From assembly GCA_963838925.1 (NCBI GenBank), contig CAWISW010000002.1, positions 512,001-576,000 on the forward strand: 64,000 bases of DNA, written 5' to 3'. The stretch comes from an uncultured Nitrososphaerota archaeon (GTDB taxonomy: Archaea; Thermoproteota; Nitrososphaeria; Nitrososphaerales; Gagatemarchaeaceae). The position numbers and the translations under genes are program-made. The notes beneath the pieces were generated by a model. It was not told the DNA's origin. It worked only from the letters and a program-made list of their open reading frames with translations, and did no database searches. Every line of letters begins with the position of its first letter. Position 1 is the first letter of the stretch. Shown here one piece after another: positions 48,433 through 58,653 of the stretch.

Positions 48433-48513
48433 AGGAGGAGAACGACGCGTTGCGCGGGATTATTTAACGATGCTAACGGTTCGGGCCCTGCGCGTGCCCC
48501 GCTTGGGGCGCGG

Positions 48514-48732
48514 CTACCTCCGGCTCACCCGCCGGTAGGCGATGGCGCACAGCGCGATCACCGGGAGGTAGACCACGACCGTGTACGCGACGCTCGGAGG
48601 CTCGGTCCCAAAGTACATTATCGGGTCTCCCGAAAGAAGCACGAGGACGAACAGCACAAGGATGAGCATGATGGCGATGATGCTCGCCCTGACGCCCTTC
48701 CTCTGCTCCTCGGTCAGAGCTGGTTGTGCCAT
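48514..48732 (-). CDS. Small two-TM protein
   Basis: Directly follows the upstream gene. Confidence 0.6.
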   Translation of the reverse strand: MAQPALTEEQRKGVRASIIAIMLILVLFVLVLLSGDPIMYFGTEPPSVAYTVVVYLPVIALCAIAYRRVSRR

Positions 48733-49488
48733 TTAGGCAACCCCTCCGGCCTTCGCGACTGCGATCAGGATGTCCGCGATTATGGTGAGGAGTATCGCGA
48801 CGACGAGTATGGTGACCGTCAGCCTGAAGGCGAACCTGGCGGTCTTTGCGCTCGGGGTGTATCTGTCCTTCAGGAAGATGCCCTCGATCCTCCCAAGGAT
48901 TGCGACAGGCTTGCTCTGGAGGACTGTGTAGTTGAAGAGCAGGTCGTAGAAGAAGATGAGGCAGAACCACCCCACGAAGTTGTAGATCGGCACCCCGAAG
49001 ATGTACACCGAGGGGTTGATCCACTGCCAAAGGGAGTTCGCGACCGCGACGGGGTCTATGACGAGGTCGATGTTAACCGCGAAGAGCCCCGCGCACGCAG
49101 CCTGGAGGAAGGGGCTCCTTCCCGGAAGGAGCACGTCGTGGAAGAGAACAAAGAGCGAAAGGGCGACGATGACCCAGCCCAGCTCGATCCACAGGGGGAC
49201 CTGGCCTATCCAGAACAGGTATCCTGCGTAGTGCGGGCTGAAGAGGCCGGCGTACGTGTAGTAGGTGTAGGACTTGTCTATGACTCCTAGGTTCTCGATG
49301 ATCGACGTCCAGAGGACCGAACCAGCGAGGAAGTACGCCGCCCGCTCCTTCCCGTACGCCTTTACCCCTGCGTAGGCCACGACCATGGAGAGCAGGATGG
49401 TGCCCAGCTCGGCCATCACCGGGATGTAGTACGGGAGCATGGCTACCAGCCTCCGCTCAGGGTCCTTCGCCTTCGGGCGAGATTGCAA
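48733..49488 (-). CDS. CruF/DUF422-like carotenoid biosynthesis membrane protein
   Basis: VPLWIELGW, DLVIDPVA, WQW, FGVPIYNFVGW. Confidence 0.75.
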   Translation of the reverse strand: MQSRPKAKDPERRLVAMLPYYIPVMAELGTILLSMVVAYAGVKAYGKERAAYFLAGSVLWTSIIENLGVIDKSYTYYTYAGLFSPHYAGYLFWIGQVPLWIELGWVIVALSLFVLFHDVLLPGRSPFLQAACAGLFAVNIDLVIDPVAVANSLWQWINPSVYIFGVPIYNFVGWFCLIFFYDLLFNYTVLQSKPVAILGRIEGIFLKDRYTPSAKTARFAFRLTVTILVVAILLTIIADILIAVAKAGGVA

Positions 49489-49609
49489 TTAATGGCGTTG
49501 GCTGGCAATTTCGGCACCGTTTTTCGTGAATTTTCTAACTTTCTCTGAGATTAGGCTATAAACAGAGTGGAGCAGAAATCTAGTCGGCCGCCACTTGGAG
49601 GCGGGCCGC

Positions 49610-49828
49610 TCAAGGCTGGATCTCGTCCTTCAGTCCGTGCTCCTGCTCGAGGTGCGCCTTGAACGTGGACCCGTCCCTCTCCGTCATGCCCTTCAGGGTC
49701 GGATACGTGGTCAGGATGAACCAGCAGAACGAGCAGCTCGTGCTCGAGGGCGCCTTGACCTGGATGTTGACCGAGTAGGCCTTCCTTCCGCCGTTTCCGT
49801 CGTTTGCCGGGTTTTGACCGTTGCTCAT
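49610..49828 (-). CDS. Zinc microprotein (CSFC-x23-H-x4-HGL)
   Basis: Strong similarity to 58654..58863. Confidence 0.75.
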   Translation of the reverse strand: MSNGQNPANDGNGGRKAYSVNIQVKAPSSTSCSFCWFILTTYPTLKGMTERDGSTFKAHLEQEHGLKDEIQP

Positions 49829-50113
49829 GTTTCTGACACCACCCATGAGCGTGGTTGCTTTACTTCTGGATTCTAGCCGAAGACTCGACGTCGCTCGAGG
49901 GTGTTTTTGGAATTCGTGTGGAGTCCAAAGATGGATTCTGCCTCCATGATCGCCCGAGTGTTGCTTCAACGCGCAATGGCTGTGCCTTCCGACGGCACGC
50001 GGCAGACAAGCACTGGACCGGCAGCGAGCACGTACGGGCAGGAACCAAAGGTTGCGGCGGCGGGCGGTTGTTGCCGTGACTCGCCGGACTGGTCCGGCAA
50101 GTCCTCACCCTAG

Positions 50114-53100
50114 CTAATTCCCGACGTGCTGGAACGTCATGAACGCCGAGTTGACGTAGTCGGTCACGATTATCGTGTAGTACCCCGCTGTAGCCGAAGG
50201 CACCGTGAAGGTCGTGCCCGCGGGGATGTTCCCGGCGGATGTCATCGTGATCGTCTTCAGGGTGGTGACCACGCCCGCGGAGTTCATCCACCCGATGGTG
50301 GCCTTGGCGTTCGGCGTAAAGCCACAGGGGCTCGTACAAGTCACGCTGACGCTCGACCCCGTGATTCCGGCCTGCGGCGACGTGGCAGCGTTCGCGTTCG
50401 TCACATATCCCGTGGGGTAGGGGATGGTCGCCCCGAACAGCGTGCCGTCGCTGTATTGCCCCGAGAGCTCGAACGTCGCTTGGAACCCCGCGATTTCGTC
50501 GAGCAGGTCCGTGGCGGTGGCCAGCGGCGTCATCGACCCGAAGTACATCGTCACTGGGGTGTCGTAGGGAAGGACCGTGAAATCCTGCGAGGAATTGTAT
50601 GCGACGAGGCCAGTGCCGTCGACGTTCACCCCCTGGATTATGAAGAAGACCGTGTTCTCGAAGAACTCGTCCTCGTCGGTGCCCACGGTGAGCACGCTAG
50701 TCGGGAACACCGTGATAGACCGGTGCTGCGGGTCCAGGTTCGTGAACGTCTCGCTCCACTCGAGCTTCACGTTCTCCGGCACCGCGAGGGCGGGGTAACC
50801 TCCCACCTGCTGGCCGTTCTGCGGGTTGACTATGGCGCTCAGAGAGATGGCTGACTCCACCCACGTGCTCGAAGCGCTCAGGGTGAATGGGGCAGTTTGG
50901 GAACCGCTCGCGCTGGTCAAGTACTCGCTGCACCCCTGGGCAGCGTGGGTCGCGTCGCAGCCTCCTGTTCCAGTCTTCACCGACACGTACGTACCTCCCA
51001 CGGTGCCCACGGTGTAGTCCGTCGTGGCCGAAGCCGTCTCGACGTTCCCGATGACTATCGGGCCGCTCCCCGGAGGCGTGAGGGCGGGGCTGACCGCAAC
51101 TGCCGTGGAACCGGCCGGCGAGCTCCCGGTTGAGCCGACGAACCCAGAGGTCGTAAACCCGTTGAGGTCGTAGACCGAGGCTACGCCGCCGGTCACCGTC
51201 GATCCGAAGGTCGCCGTTATGGTATCTGTGCCCGTGCCTCCCGCGGTCGCATACCACATGTAGGAGTAGTAGGTGGTGGTCACGGGGGCGAAGGCCATCG
51301 CGGCCTCGACCCAGGGGGAGGACGGGCTGATGGACATGGGCACTGTTGTTGCCGAACCCACGCCGGTCTGGTATTCCCCGCATCCTGCGACCGAACTGCA
51401 GTTGGCCCCTGTCGGTAGGGAAAAGCCGCTTCCGGCCGTGTATGTGGTAGAGGTCGACTCCGCGGTCCCGATCACCACGTACCCCGCGCTATTGATCGGG
51501 ATCGATGTGACCGAGGTGGCGGACTGGCTCGCCGCATTGCCTCCGGTCTCGATGAGGATGCCGCTCGCCGTCGTCACCCCGCTGATCTCGTATATCGAGA
51601 CCGTTGCCGCGACCGTCTGCCCGAAGGACCCTGACGTTATCGTGTCTGCGTTTGAGCCGGATCCTCCCGCGGTCGCGTACCAGATGGCCGTGTAGTACGT
51701 GTTGGTCTGCAGAGGAGTGAAGGACATCGCCACCTCCACCCAAGGCGTCGAGGCGCTGAGCGTGAACGGCGCGGTGGTCGAGGAACTTAGCCCGGTCTCG
51801 AACTCGTTGCATCCTTGAGACGCTAGGGTCGGGGAGCAGCCTCCCGAGGTAGTCTGGACGGAAGCGTAACCTGACCCGGGGGTATAGTCCGTCGCGGCAG
51901 AGCCGGTCTCCACATTGCCCACCACGAAAGAGTTCGAGTTGGGCAAGAAAGAGCTCACGCTAGCCGCTGTCGAGCCTCCAGACGAGCTCCCGCAGGTCGG
52001 CGCGCAGCTGACTATCCCCGAGGTGGTGGAGTACCCCGCGATCTCGTAGACCGAAGCGGTGCCCGCCACTGCCGCAGCGAAGGTCGCGGTTATCGTGTCG
52101 GTGGTCGAGCCTCCTGCGGTCGCGTACCAGATGGCCGACTCGTATGTGGTGGACCCGGCGGTGACGTATTGCGACACTCCGAGGGTGAAGGAGTCGCTGA
52201 AGGTGTCGGTGACCGCGGGCAACCCGCCGGTGCCCTGCGACGTGCTCCCGAAGCTCGTCGTCGGCATCACGTTGCTAGGGGGGTAGGCCCGAGCGCGCTC
52301 GAAGTTGTAGTTCACAGACACCGTGAAGCCGCCGTTGGTGGAACCGTACGCGCCCAGGTAGACGTTGGTCGCCCCGCTTATCGGGTTGTTGTTCACCGTG
52401 CCGGCGTAACCACCCGTAGTCGAGTAGAGCTGCGGGGCCAGGTAGGCGGTCCACGACGACGACCCCGTGCCTGGATAGGTCATGCTTGCATACTCCCACG
52501 CTGTGGTCGCCGTCCCCGCGCCGTTCTGACCGAAAGTATACGCACTATTGACGTCGGAGGCCTGTTGGAAGAAGTCGTTCCCTTGCCCGTCGCCTGTTTC
52601 AATGCCATTGGTGACGCTCCCAGGCGTGGCGTTGTTCACCAGTCCGTCGATTCCCGTGCTCGTTCCGGTGTTCGCGTTGGCGAAGCTCGCCTCTGTGATT
52701 ATGCCGCCGTTGGGTATGGCCGCATTGAAGGCAAAGAAGACGCTCTGCGCGTTGTACCCGCTTACGTGTATCGCGTTGATGGTCGCCCCACCGGGGCCCG
52801 TCACCCCGGTCGACTGCGACACCGCGAAGCCGCTGCCCGCGGTGAAGCTGGAGGGCGCCGTGTTGCCGTTGAAGTAGGCGTTGAAGACGTTGGCCCCGTT
52901 GTCGTACTGCGCGTAGGTGGAGGACAGGTTTGGCGCCTCGCCCCCATAGACGCCGTCGAAGTTCACCGATGTGAGGTCGAAGACCATGTAGATCCTGAGC
53001 GTCCCCCCGTTCGCGGCTATCGAAGACGTCAGCTTCACCCATGCGGTGGCGGACGTGGAGGTAGACCCCGCGGTGCTGCACGCGCTGGAGCACGACTCCA

Positions 53101-56100
53101 GCCATGAATAGAGCGTGCCTGCACAGGCTGTGTCGCTGCAGAACCTGACGTTCCCGAGGTTGGTTGCCTCGTAGCTGGTATATGTCGCAGGGTCCCAAGT
53201 TATCATCTGCTGGAAGGTGTTCGGCGTGGCGGTGGTCTGGCTGTTCGTGATGGTGATCGGGACGTAAGCGAGGGTAGCGCCGCCTCCGCTCGTCGTGCCC
53301 AGGGAGACGGCGGGCATCGAGCCGTTGGGTGGATATGCCCGTTCGCGCGCCCAGTTGTAGTACATGGCAGCCTGGGCGCCCGAGTTGGTGGTGTAGCCAA
53401 AGCCGAGGTAGAGGTGCGCCGCGCCAGATATGGGGTTGACGCCTTCGCTTCCGCTGTATCCCCCAGTGGTGGAGTACAGCTGCGGCGCGACGTACCCCGA
53501 GTACAAAGTCGCCGAGGTGCCCGGGTACGTGGTGGAGCCGTAGAGCCACGCCTCCGCGGCCGTACCCAACTGGTTCAAGCAGTAGCTTTCCGTGCCGCCG
53601 CTCATGTAGTCCTGGTTGAAGTAGGCGGTCTGACAGCCGGTGTTGGTGCCTATGTAGTTAGTCACGCTCGCCGCCGCGGCGTTGTTCATGAGGCCCGACG
53701 TGCCGGAATCCACCGTGTAGTCCACGTTCTCAAAGTTGCTCTCGACCACCCCGCCCGTGGTGGTCAGAGCCACGTTGTACACGAGCGGCGAGTCGTTGGT
53801 GCCGTAGCCTGTGAGGTGAAGCGCCGAGACGGTGCCCGAGCCGTAGGCGACGCCGGTGGACTTTGCCAGGGTGAATCCGGAAGCGACCGAGAAGCTGGAG
53901 GTCGCCGTGTTGCCGTCGAAGTACGCGTTGAACACGTTTGCCCCGTTGTCGTACTGCGCGTAGGTGGAGGACAGGTTTGGCGCCTCCCCCCAGTAGTTGT
54001 CGTCAAAGTTCACCGAAGTCGCCTCGAAGACCATGTATATCGTGAGCGAGCTTCCGCTGGAGATGGACGAAGTCAGCTTCACCCAAGCGGTGGCGGACGT
54101 GGAGGTAGACCCCGCGGTGCTGCACGCGCTGGAGCACGACTCCAGCCATGAATAGAGCGTGCCTGCACAGGCTGTGTCGCTGCAGAACCTGACGTTCCCG
54201 AGGTTGGTTGCCTCCCAGCTCGAATACGTCAACGGGTCCCACGTCACCATCTGCTGGAAGGGGTTCGGAGTCCCCGAGGCGGGAGCTGCTTCGACTGCGT
54301 CCCCTATCTCGGCCCACTGGTTCGAGCCGCCGGTGCTCGTTGTGAACGGGATCGCCAAGCCGCTCTGCGTGGCAGTCACGGTCTCGTATTCTTCGTCGGA
54401 GTTCATGCACGTGTTAGCGCCGAGAGCGCTCTCAGCCAGGAATTCGCTGAAGCCAGTCCCGTAGGCCTCGGTGTGGCACACGGCCGCCGACGTGTGCTCG
54501 TTCGCAAGCATGCCGACAATCAGGTCGTTCGCGTTGGACGTCGTCACCGAAACCGAGGGAGAGGCGGTCGTTCCGGTCGCCGTCGCGGCGAGGCTGCCGT
54601 TAGGGTCGAACGGAGTAACCAAATTGGCGCCGCTGACTCCGAAGGCCGTGAAGACGTTGTCTCCTGTTGCTGACCAAGTGACCGTGATCGAGTCCGCGGA
54701 CAGCGGGGAGCTGGCTACGGTGTACCACTCCTCTTCCTCGACGCTGGGCGAGCCCGTCTTCGTCTGCCGATGGGTCCACGCGTGGCCGCCAGCGTCCTTT
54801 ATTGACGAGACGGTGGTCGAGGATGTGGAGGTGCCGGTGAAGAGCACTATCACGTCGTTCGCGTTCGTCGTCGTGAGGCTGGCCGAAACCGAGTTCGTCT
54901 CGGTGCCTGCTCCCGTCGAACCGTCGATGGCCGGAGTGCCGGAGCTGCAAACGGAACCCGCGGAACCCTGGATGGCATCGCCCCACGCCTCGTTGGCGTC
55001 GGACGCAGAGTTGCTGTAAGTGAGGCTCAAGCCGCTCTGCGTGGCCGAGACCACCTGGTACTCAGAGCCCGTGTAAGAATTCGCTACCCCGCTGGTCAGC
55101 GCCGACCAGCCGCTGCCGATCGTCGGGGCGCTCGTGGTGTTGGTGTTCTCCAGACCGAAGATGAAATCGAGGGCGTTTGAGGTGGAGACGCTCGCGTAGT
55201 TCCCGTTCCCGGGGAACGAGGGAAGGCCAGAGTGCGAGTCGAAGGGGGTGCTCGTGTTGGCCCCGCTGACGCCGAAGACCTGGATGAAGCCCTGGGCGGT
55301 CGGCGCAGAGCTCCAGGTCACCTTGATGGAGTCACTAGACAGCGTGGAGGCGGATATCGCGTAGTAGATCTGGCCGAAGAAGGAGTTTCCGCCCGAGTTG
55401 TTTATCTCCTGATACGAGCCCACTCCAGTCCACGTCAAGCCTGCGCCGTCCGACATCGTAGCAGTCCGATACGATCCCGTCGCCGTGTTCTGCCCGTAGA
55501 CGATGGCAATTATCACGTCACTCGAGTGGGTCGTCGTGAGGGACGCCGATAATGAAGAGGTGGTCCCTATGTTGTAGTTGCTGCCGTCGAGCGCCGGCGC
55601 GGACGCCACGAGCTGGCAGTTCGTGATGGTGACCGGGACGTAGTTGTACTGCGGAGTCGAGGGCCATCCTAGCCCGAAGACCAGGGTGTTGCCCGCCGTG
55701 ACCGGCGAGGTGGTGGCTATCGAGCATGTCGCCGAGCTGCAGTTTGCCTTGTACGCCTGCTGGACCACCGAGGGCGCGGTGGGGTTCACCGTGACGTAGT
55801 TTGACTCGCCGGGATGGAACGTGTCGCCGAGGGTGTCGGTCGGAACTGAGGCGGGAGTCGCCGCGTTAGCCCATCCAAGGCCGTAGACCAGCGTGTCCCC
55901 CGAGGCGACGTTTGAGGTGTACGGCAGCCCGCAGGTCTGCGCGTTGCAGCTGCCGGAGCGGCTCTGGACCATCGAAGGGGTGGCGGTGTGCACGACGGAG
56001 CTTGACGCCGCCTGCGCGAGCGTGAATGTGGATCCGAGTGTGTCCGTGGGGACGCCGGACGGCGGGCTCTGCCCGTACCATCCAAGCGCGTAGATGAGCG

Positions 56101-56773
56101 TGTCAGCCACTGTCACCGAAGAGCCGGTGGTCACAGCGCAGCCGCTCCCGCTGCAGCCGGTTGTGGTGTAGCCCGTCTGGCGGACCGAGGTGGGCTCGGC
56201 GGTGAGAGCGTGCCACCTGAACTGGTTCAGGTTGACTACCACGGACTCGCTCGAAAGCGCGTTGTTCGCGTAGTTGGTCGAAGCCTCAGGGTACGTCTGG
56301 ACGTAGGTGTTGCCGCGTGCTGTAAGCACTTTCACCGTGACGGTCCCCGTTGTGTAGACGTATTCCGTGTCGATTGTAGGCGATCCCTTGCCGGCGTTCA
56401 CGGTCACCCAAAGCGGCGGCACCGTGTTGACGCACCCCTGCCCTGATGGGAACCCGAGCCCCAGACACTTCAGGAGAGTGCCGGTCGAAGATAGGACGAG
56501 GACAGCGGTCATGTTGACCGTCAGCGCGGAGGTGTCGTTTGCGTAGAACCCTATGTCACCGTCGGCGTCGAGGAGGGTGGTGATGGTGAGGCTCTCGGTG
56601 AGGCCTCCCTGGACCTTGTTCGTCGCCGCGAGAAGGCTTGAGACGTAGCTCGCGTTCTGCGAGTTGACGAAGATGAAGTAGGACGTCCCGACGGTGAAGA
56701 GGATCGCGAACATGATCACCGTCGCCACGATGCCGGCTATCGCCCTCCTGGACCTGCGTCTTGAGAACTTCAT
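50114..56773 (-). CDS. Giant (2219 aa) type IV pilin-like adhesin with two DUF2341-like repeats and nested beta-modules
   Basis: Class III signal-like RRRSRRA|IAGIVATVIMFAIL, VLTARGN pilin strand, repeats YVPITITN..FQQM..NVRF..WVKL..QYDNGANVF. Confidence 0.85.
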   Translation of the reverse strand: MKFSRRRSRRAIAGIVATVIMFAILFTVGTSYFIFVNSQNASYVSSLLAATNKVQGGLTESLTITTLLDADGDIGFYANDTSALTVNMTAVLVLSSTGTLLKCLGLGFPSGQGCVNTVPPLWVTVNAGKGSPTIDTEYVYTTGTVTVKVLTARGNTYVQTYPEASTNYANNALSSESVVVNLNQFRWHALTAEPTSVRQTGYTTTGCSGSGCAVTTGSSVTVADTLIYALGWYGQSPPSGVPTDTLGSTFTLAQAASSSVVHTATPSMVQSRSGSCNAQTCGLPYTSNVASGDTLVYGLGWANAATPASVPTDTLGDTFHPGESNYVTVNPTAPSVVQQAYKANCSSATCSIATTSPVTAGNTLVFGLGWPSTPQYNYVPVTITNCQLVASAPALDGSNYNIGTTSSLSASLTTTHSSDVIIAIVYGQNTATGSYRTATMSDGAGLTWTGVGSYQEINNSGGNSFFGQIYYAISASTLSSDSIKVTWSSAPTAQGFIQVFGVSGANTSTPFDSHSGLPSFPGNGNYASVSTSNALDFIFGLENTNTTSAPTIGSGWSALTSGVANSYTGSEYQVVSATQSGLSLTYSNSASDANEAWGDAIQGSAGSVCSSGTPAIDGSTGAGTETNSVSASLTTTNANDVIVLFTGTSTSSTTVSSIKDAGGHAWTHRQTKTGSPSVEEEEWYTVASSPLSADSITVTWSATGDNVFTAFGVSGANLVTPFDPNGSLAATATGTTASPSVSVTTSNANDLIVGMLANEHTSAAVCHTEAYGTGFSEFLAESALGANTCMNSDEEYETVTATQSGLAIPFTTSTGGSNQWAEIGDAVEAAPASGTPNPFQQMVTWDPLTYSSWEATNLGNVRFCSDTACAGTLYSWLESCSSACSTAGSTSTSATAWVKLTSSISSGSSLTIYMVFEATSVNFDDNYWGEAPNLSSTYAQYDNGANVFNAYFDGNTATSSFSVASGFTLAKSTGVAYGSGTVSALHLTGYGTNDSPLVYNVALTTTGGVVESNFENVDYTVDSGTSGLMNNAAAASVTNYIGTNTGCQTAYFNQDYMSGGTESYCLNQLGTAAEAWLYGSTTYPGTSATLYSGYVAPQLYSTTGGYSGSEGVNPISGAAHLYLGFGYTTNSGAQAAMYYNWARERAYPPNGSMPAVSLGTTSGGGATLAYVPITITNSQTTATPNTFQQMITWDPATYTSYEATNLGNVRFCSDTACAGTLYSWLESCSSACSTAGSTSTSATAWVKLTSSIAANGGTLRIYMVFDLTSVNFDGVYGGEAPNLSSTYAQYDNGANVFNAYFNGNTAPSSFTAGSGFAVSQSTGVTGPGGATINAIHVSGYNAQSVFFAFNAAIPNGGIITEASFANANTGTSTGIDGLVNNATPGSVTNGIETGDGQGNDFFQQASDVNSAYTFGQNGAGTATTAWEYASMTYPGTGSSSWTAYLAPQLYSTTGGYAGTVNNNPISGATNVYLGAYGSTNGGFTVSVNYNFERARAYPPSNVMPTTSFGSTSQGTGGLPAVTDTFSDSFTLGVSQYVTAGSTTYESAIWYATAGGSTTDTITATFAAAVAGTASVYEIAGYSTTSGIVSCAPTCGSSSGGSTAASVSSFLPNSNSFVVGNVETGSAATDYTPGSGYASVQTTSGGCSPTLASQGCNEFETGLSSSTTAPFTLSASTPWVEVAMSFTPLQTNTYYTAIWYATAGGSGSNADTITSGSFGQTVAATVSIYEISGVTTASGILIETGGNAASQSATSVTSIPINSAGYVVIGTAESTSTTYTAGSGFSLPTGANCSSVAGCGEYQTGVGSATTVPMSISPSSPWVEAAMAFAPVTTTYYSYMWYATAGGTGTDTITATFGSTVTGGVASVYDLNGFTTSGFVGSTGSSPAGSTAVAVSPALTPPGSGPIVIGNVETASATTDYTVGTVGGTYVSVKTGTGGCDATHAAQGCSEYLTSASGSQTAPFTLSASSTWVESAISLSAIVNPQNGQQVGGYPALAVPENVKLEWSETFTNLDPQHRSITVFPTSVLTVGTDEDEFFENTVFFIIQGVNVDGTGLVAYNSSQDFTVLPYDTPVTMYFGSMTPLATATDLLDEIAGFQATFELSGQYSDGTLFGATIPYPTGYVTNANAATSPQAGITGSSVSVTCTSPCGFTPNAKATIGWMNSAGVVTTLKTITMTSAGNIPAGTTFTVPSATAGYYTIIVTDYVNSAFMTFQHVGN
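53028..54214. repeat. Near-identical 143-bp direct repeat (53028-53170 / 54072-54214) within diverged 1044-bp tandem units
   Basis: One mismatch seen by eye; a second identical ~47-bp patch at ~52893 / ~53940. Confidence 0.85.
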
Positions 56774-56781
56774 GGCTCAGG

Positions 56782-57409
56782 TCAATCCTGTTGCGAGAGT
56801 GTGTTGGTGTTGCCGTAGACTCCCGTGACCACCACCGTGTAGGTCGTTCCGGAGCTGATTGTCTGGCCGAAAGATGGGCAGTTGCCTTGCGGTCGGCGGG
56901 ATCGTGAGCGTGTACACCTGCTCGTTCGTCGTCCTTACCGTGGTGCCCGTCAGCGACGGTGACTCGTACGTGGAGGCCGCGGTCATGCACTGCCCGGAGA
57001 GTGTGCTCTTTAGGTCGTAGACGTAGTCCGCCTTGCTCGCGCCGCTCCCGCTCGAGCTGTAGAGCAAGTTTACCAGCCCGGCAGAGTCATAGAGCCTGAC
57101 AGAGGCGATCTGAAATGTGAGGCTCCCGGTGTTGTAAACCCAAAACACCGCGGAGCAGGTGTTGCCCCCGCTGCAGGCACTCCCAGACGCCTGATTCGTG
57201 CTGTAATACATTGTGAAGACGGAAAAGTGCTCGCTGAGCATGTCGTTTGTGGCGACCCCGCCGGACTGCAACGCCCCTTCGCTGCTGGCCGCCTGGCTCC
57301 TGACGAAGCCCCACGCAGCCGCGCCCGCGATTAGCGTCATCGCTATGGCGAGCATCGCCCCTACCGCTTCTGAAGCGGCAACGCGTCTGCGGTCCCGATA
57401 AAACCTCAA
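56782..57409 (-). CDS. Archaeal type IV pilin, +1 frameshift near 56891
   Basis: RRRVA|ASEAVGAMLAIAMTL signal; alternative frame gives GNCPSFGQTISSGTTYTVVVTGVYGN..QQD* typical of pilin C-termini. Confidence 0.8.
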
Positions 57410-57639
57410 AGTCTGAGCATTTTGGAGCCCCGGAGCTATATTATCGGTTATGGACTTGCAATCTGTATCAGAACTCTTACGCGGGTCAGCCGTGACAGAA
57501 AGTCACCAGGACGGCGCAAACCCTTCTGATAACCTCTGAAAACGTCGTGCCAAATCACGGGTTTTCGTTAGTGCTTGCATGAACAATTTCATAAACTATA
57601 TATGGATACTCTAATTATCTTCTAGCTACTCGAACCAGA

Positions 57640-57978
57640 ATGACATACCTGCAAAAACCGGCGGGCATGGCGGATGGAGAGCAAAATACTACGAAGCGGG
57701 TTGTGAGCAGGCGGTCACAGCTCGAGATCAGGATGGACATCCTCAGGGCGATCATGGAGGGCGCGGAAGGTCCCACTCAGATAATGTACAAGGCCAACTT
57801 GTCCTGGATACTGCTTTGCGACCACCTCAGCGCGCTCGGCGACCAGGGGTTCGTCGGCGAAAAGACGGTCGGGAACCGCAAGAAATACTCCCTTACAGGC
57901 AAGGGGATAGAGATCGTTGGAGCTTATCTCAACCTAATCAGGGAGATTATCTTCGACACCGCCGCAGCGCCAGTGTGA
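57640..57978 (+). CDS. Winged-helix transcriptional regulator (HTH_45-like)
   Basis: RRSQLEIRMDIL..GPTQIMYKANLSW..YSLTGKG; divergent from the pilin operon. Confidence 0.85.
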   Translation: MTYLQKPAGMADGEQNTTKRVVSRRSQLEIRMDILRAIMEGAEGPTQIMYKANLSWILLCDHLSALGDQGFVGEKTVGNRKKYSLTGKGIEIVGAYLNLIREIIFDTAAAPV

Positions 57979-58053
57979 TTGTGAAGGGCGGACCCAACCA
58001 AAAACACGCGAATCTCGCTCACTGGGGGTTCGGTTAAAAGGTTAATATGCCAA

Positions 58054-58320
58054 ATGGCCCGTTACAAGACCGGCTACGGCATGGGGAGCGACGAGAGAAC
58101 TGCCGGCTCTTACATTAATTGCAAGATATGCGGTAAGGAATACAGGGACCGCAGCGACCTCATCGAGCACCTGCGCACCGAGCACGAGATCCTCGAGCTG
58201 GCGTCCTACACCGCGGCGACCATGGCCTCCGAGCAGGAAAGGGACAGGACGGCAGGGGAGTTCAGGCGGAGGTTCGAGCTGCTAAAGCGCGAGCTCGCCG
58301 GGCACGAAGCCGAGAGATAG
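58054..58320 (+). CDS. C2H2 zinc-finger protein
   Basis: CKICGKEYRDRSDLIEHLRTEH. Confidence 0.75.
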   Translation: MARYKTGYGMGSDERTAGSYINCKICGKEYRDRSDLIEHLRTEHEILELASYTAATMASEQERDRTAGEFRRRFELLKRELAGHEAER

Positions 58321-58381
58321 GCTCCCCGGACTTTTCCATCTACGACTTAATAAGGGCCGAAACGACGAAGGCCCGTTCCCA

Positions 58382-58612
58382 ATGGCTGACGAGCCGATCA
58401 TCGACATGACGAAGGTTTCCGACAAGGGCCAGGTGGTCATCCCCAAGGAGATCAGGGACAAGCTGAAGTTCAGCGAGGGCTCGAAGCTCCTTGTCATCGC
58501 CACCGAGGACGCGGTGATACTCCAGAGGATAGAGAGCGTGGCGGGGAAGATGCGAGTGAAGGACATCATGGAGAGAGTCCGCTCCATCGCCAGCAAGATC
58601 AGCCTGGGCTGA
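58382..58612 (+). CDS. AbrB/MazE/SpoVT-family DNA-binding protein
   Basis: TKVSDKGQVVIPKEIRDKLKFSEGSKL. Confidence 0.88.
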   Translation: MADEPIIDMTKVSDKGQVVIPKEIRDKLKFSEGSKLLVIATEDAVILQRIESVAGKMRVKDIMERVRSIASKISLG

Positions 58613-58653
58613 GGAGGTTGCAGGACGACGGGTTAGATTGGTGTCAGTCTGAC

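Noticed and set aside
53028-54214. Repeat pair as a DGR template/variable region
   Set aside because: No adenine-specific mismatch pattern and no reverse transcriptase in the window
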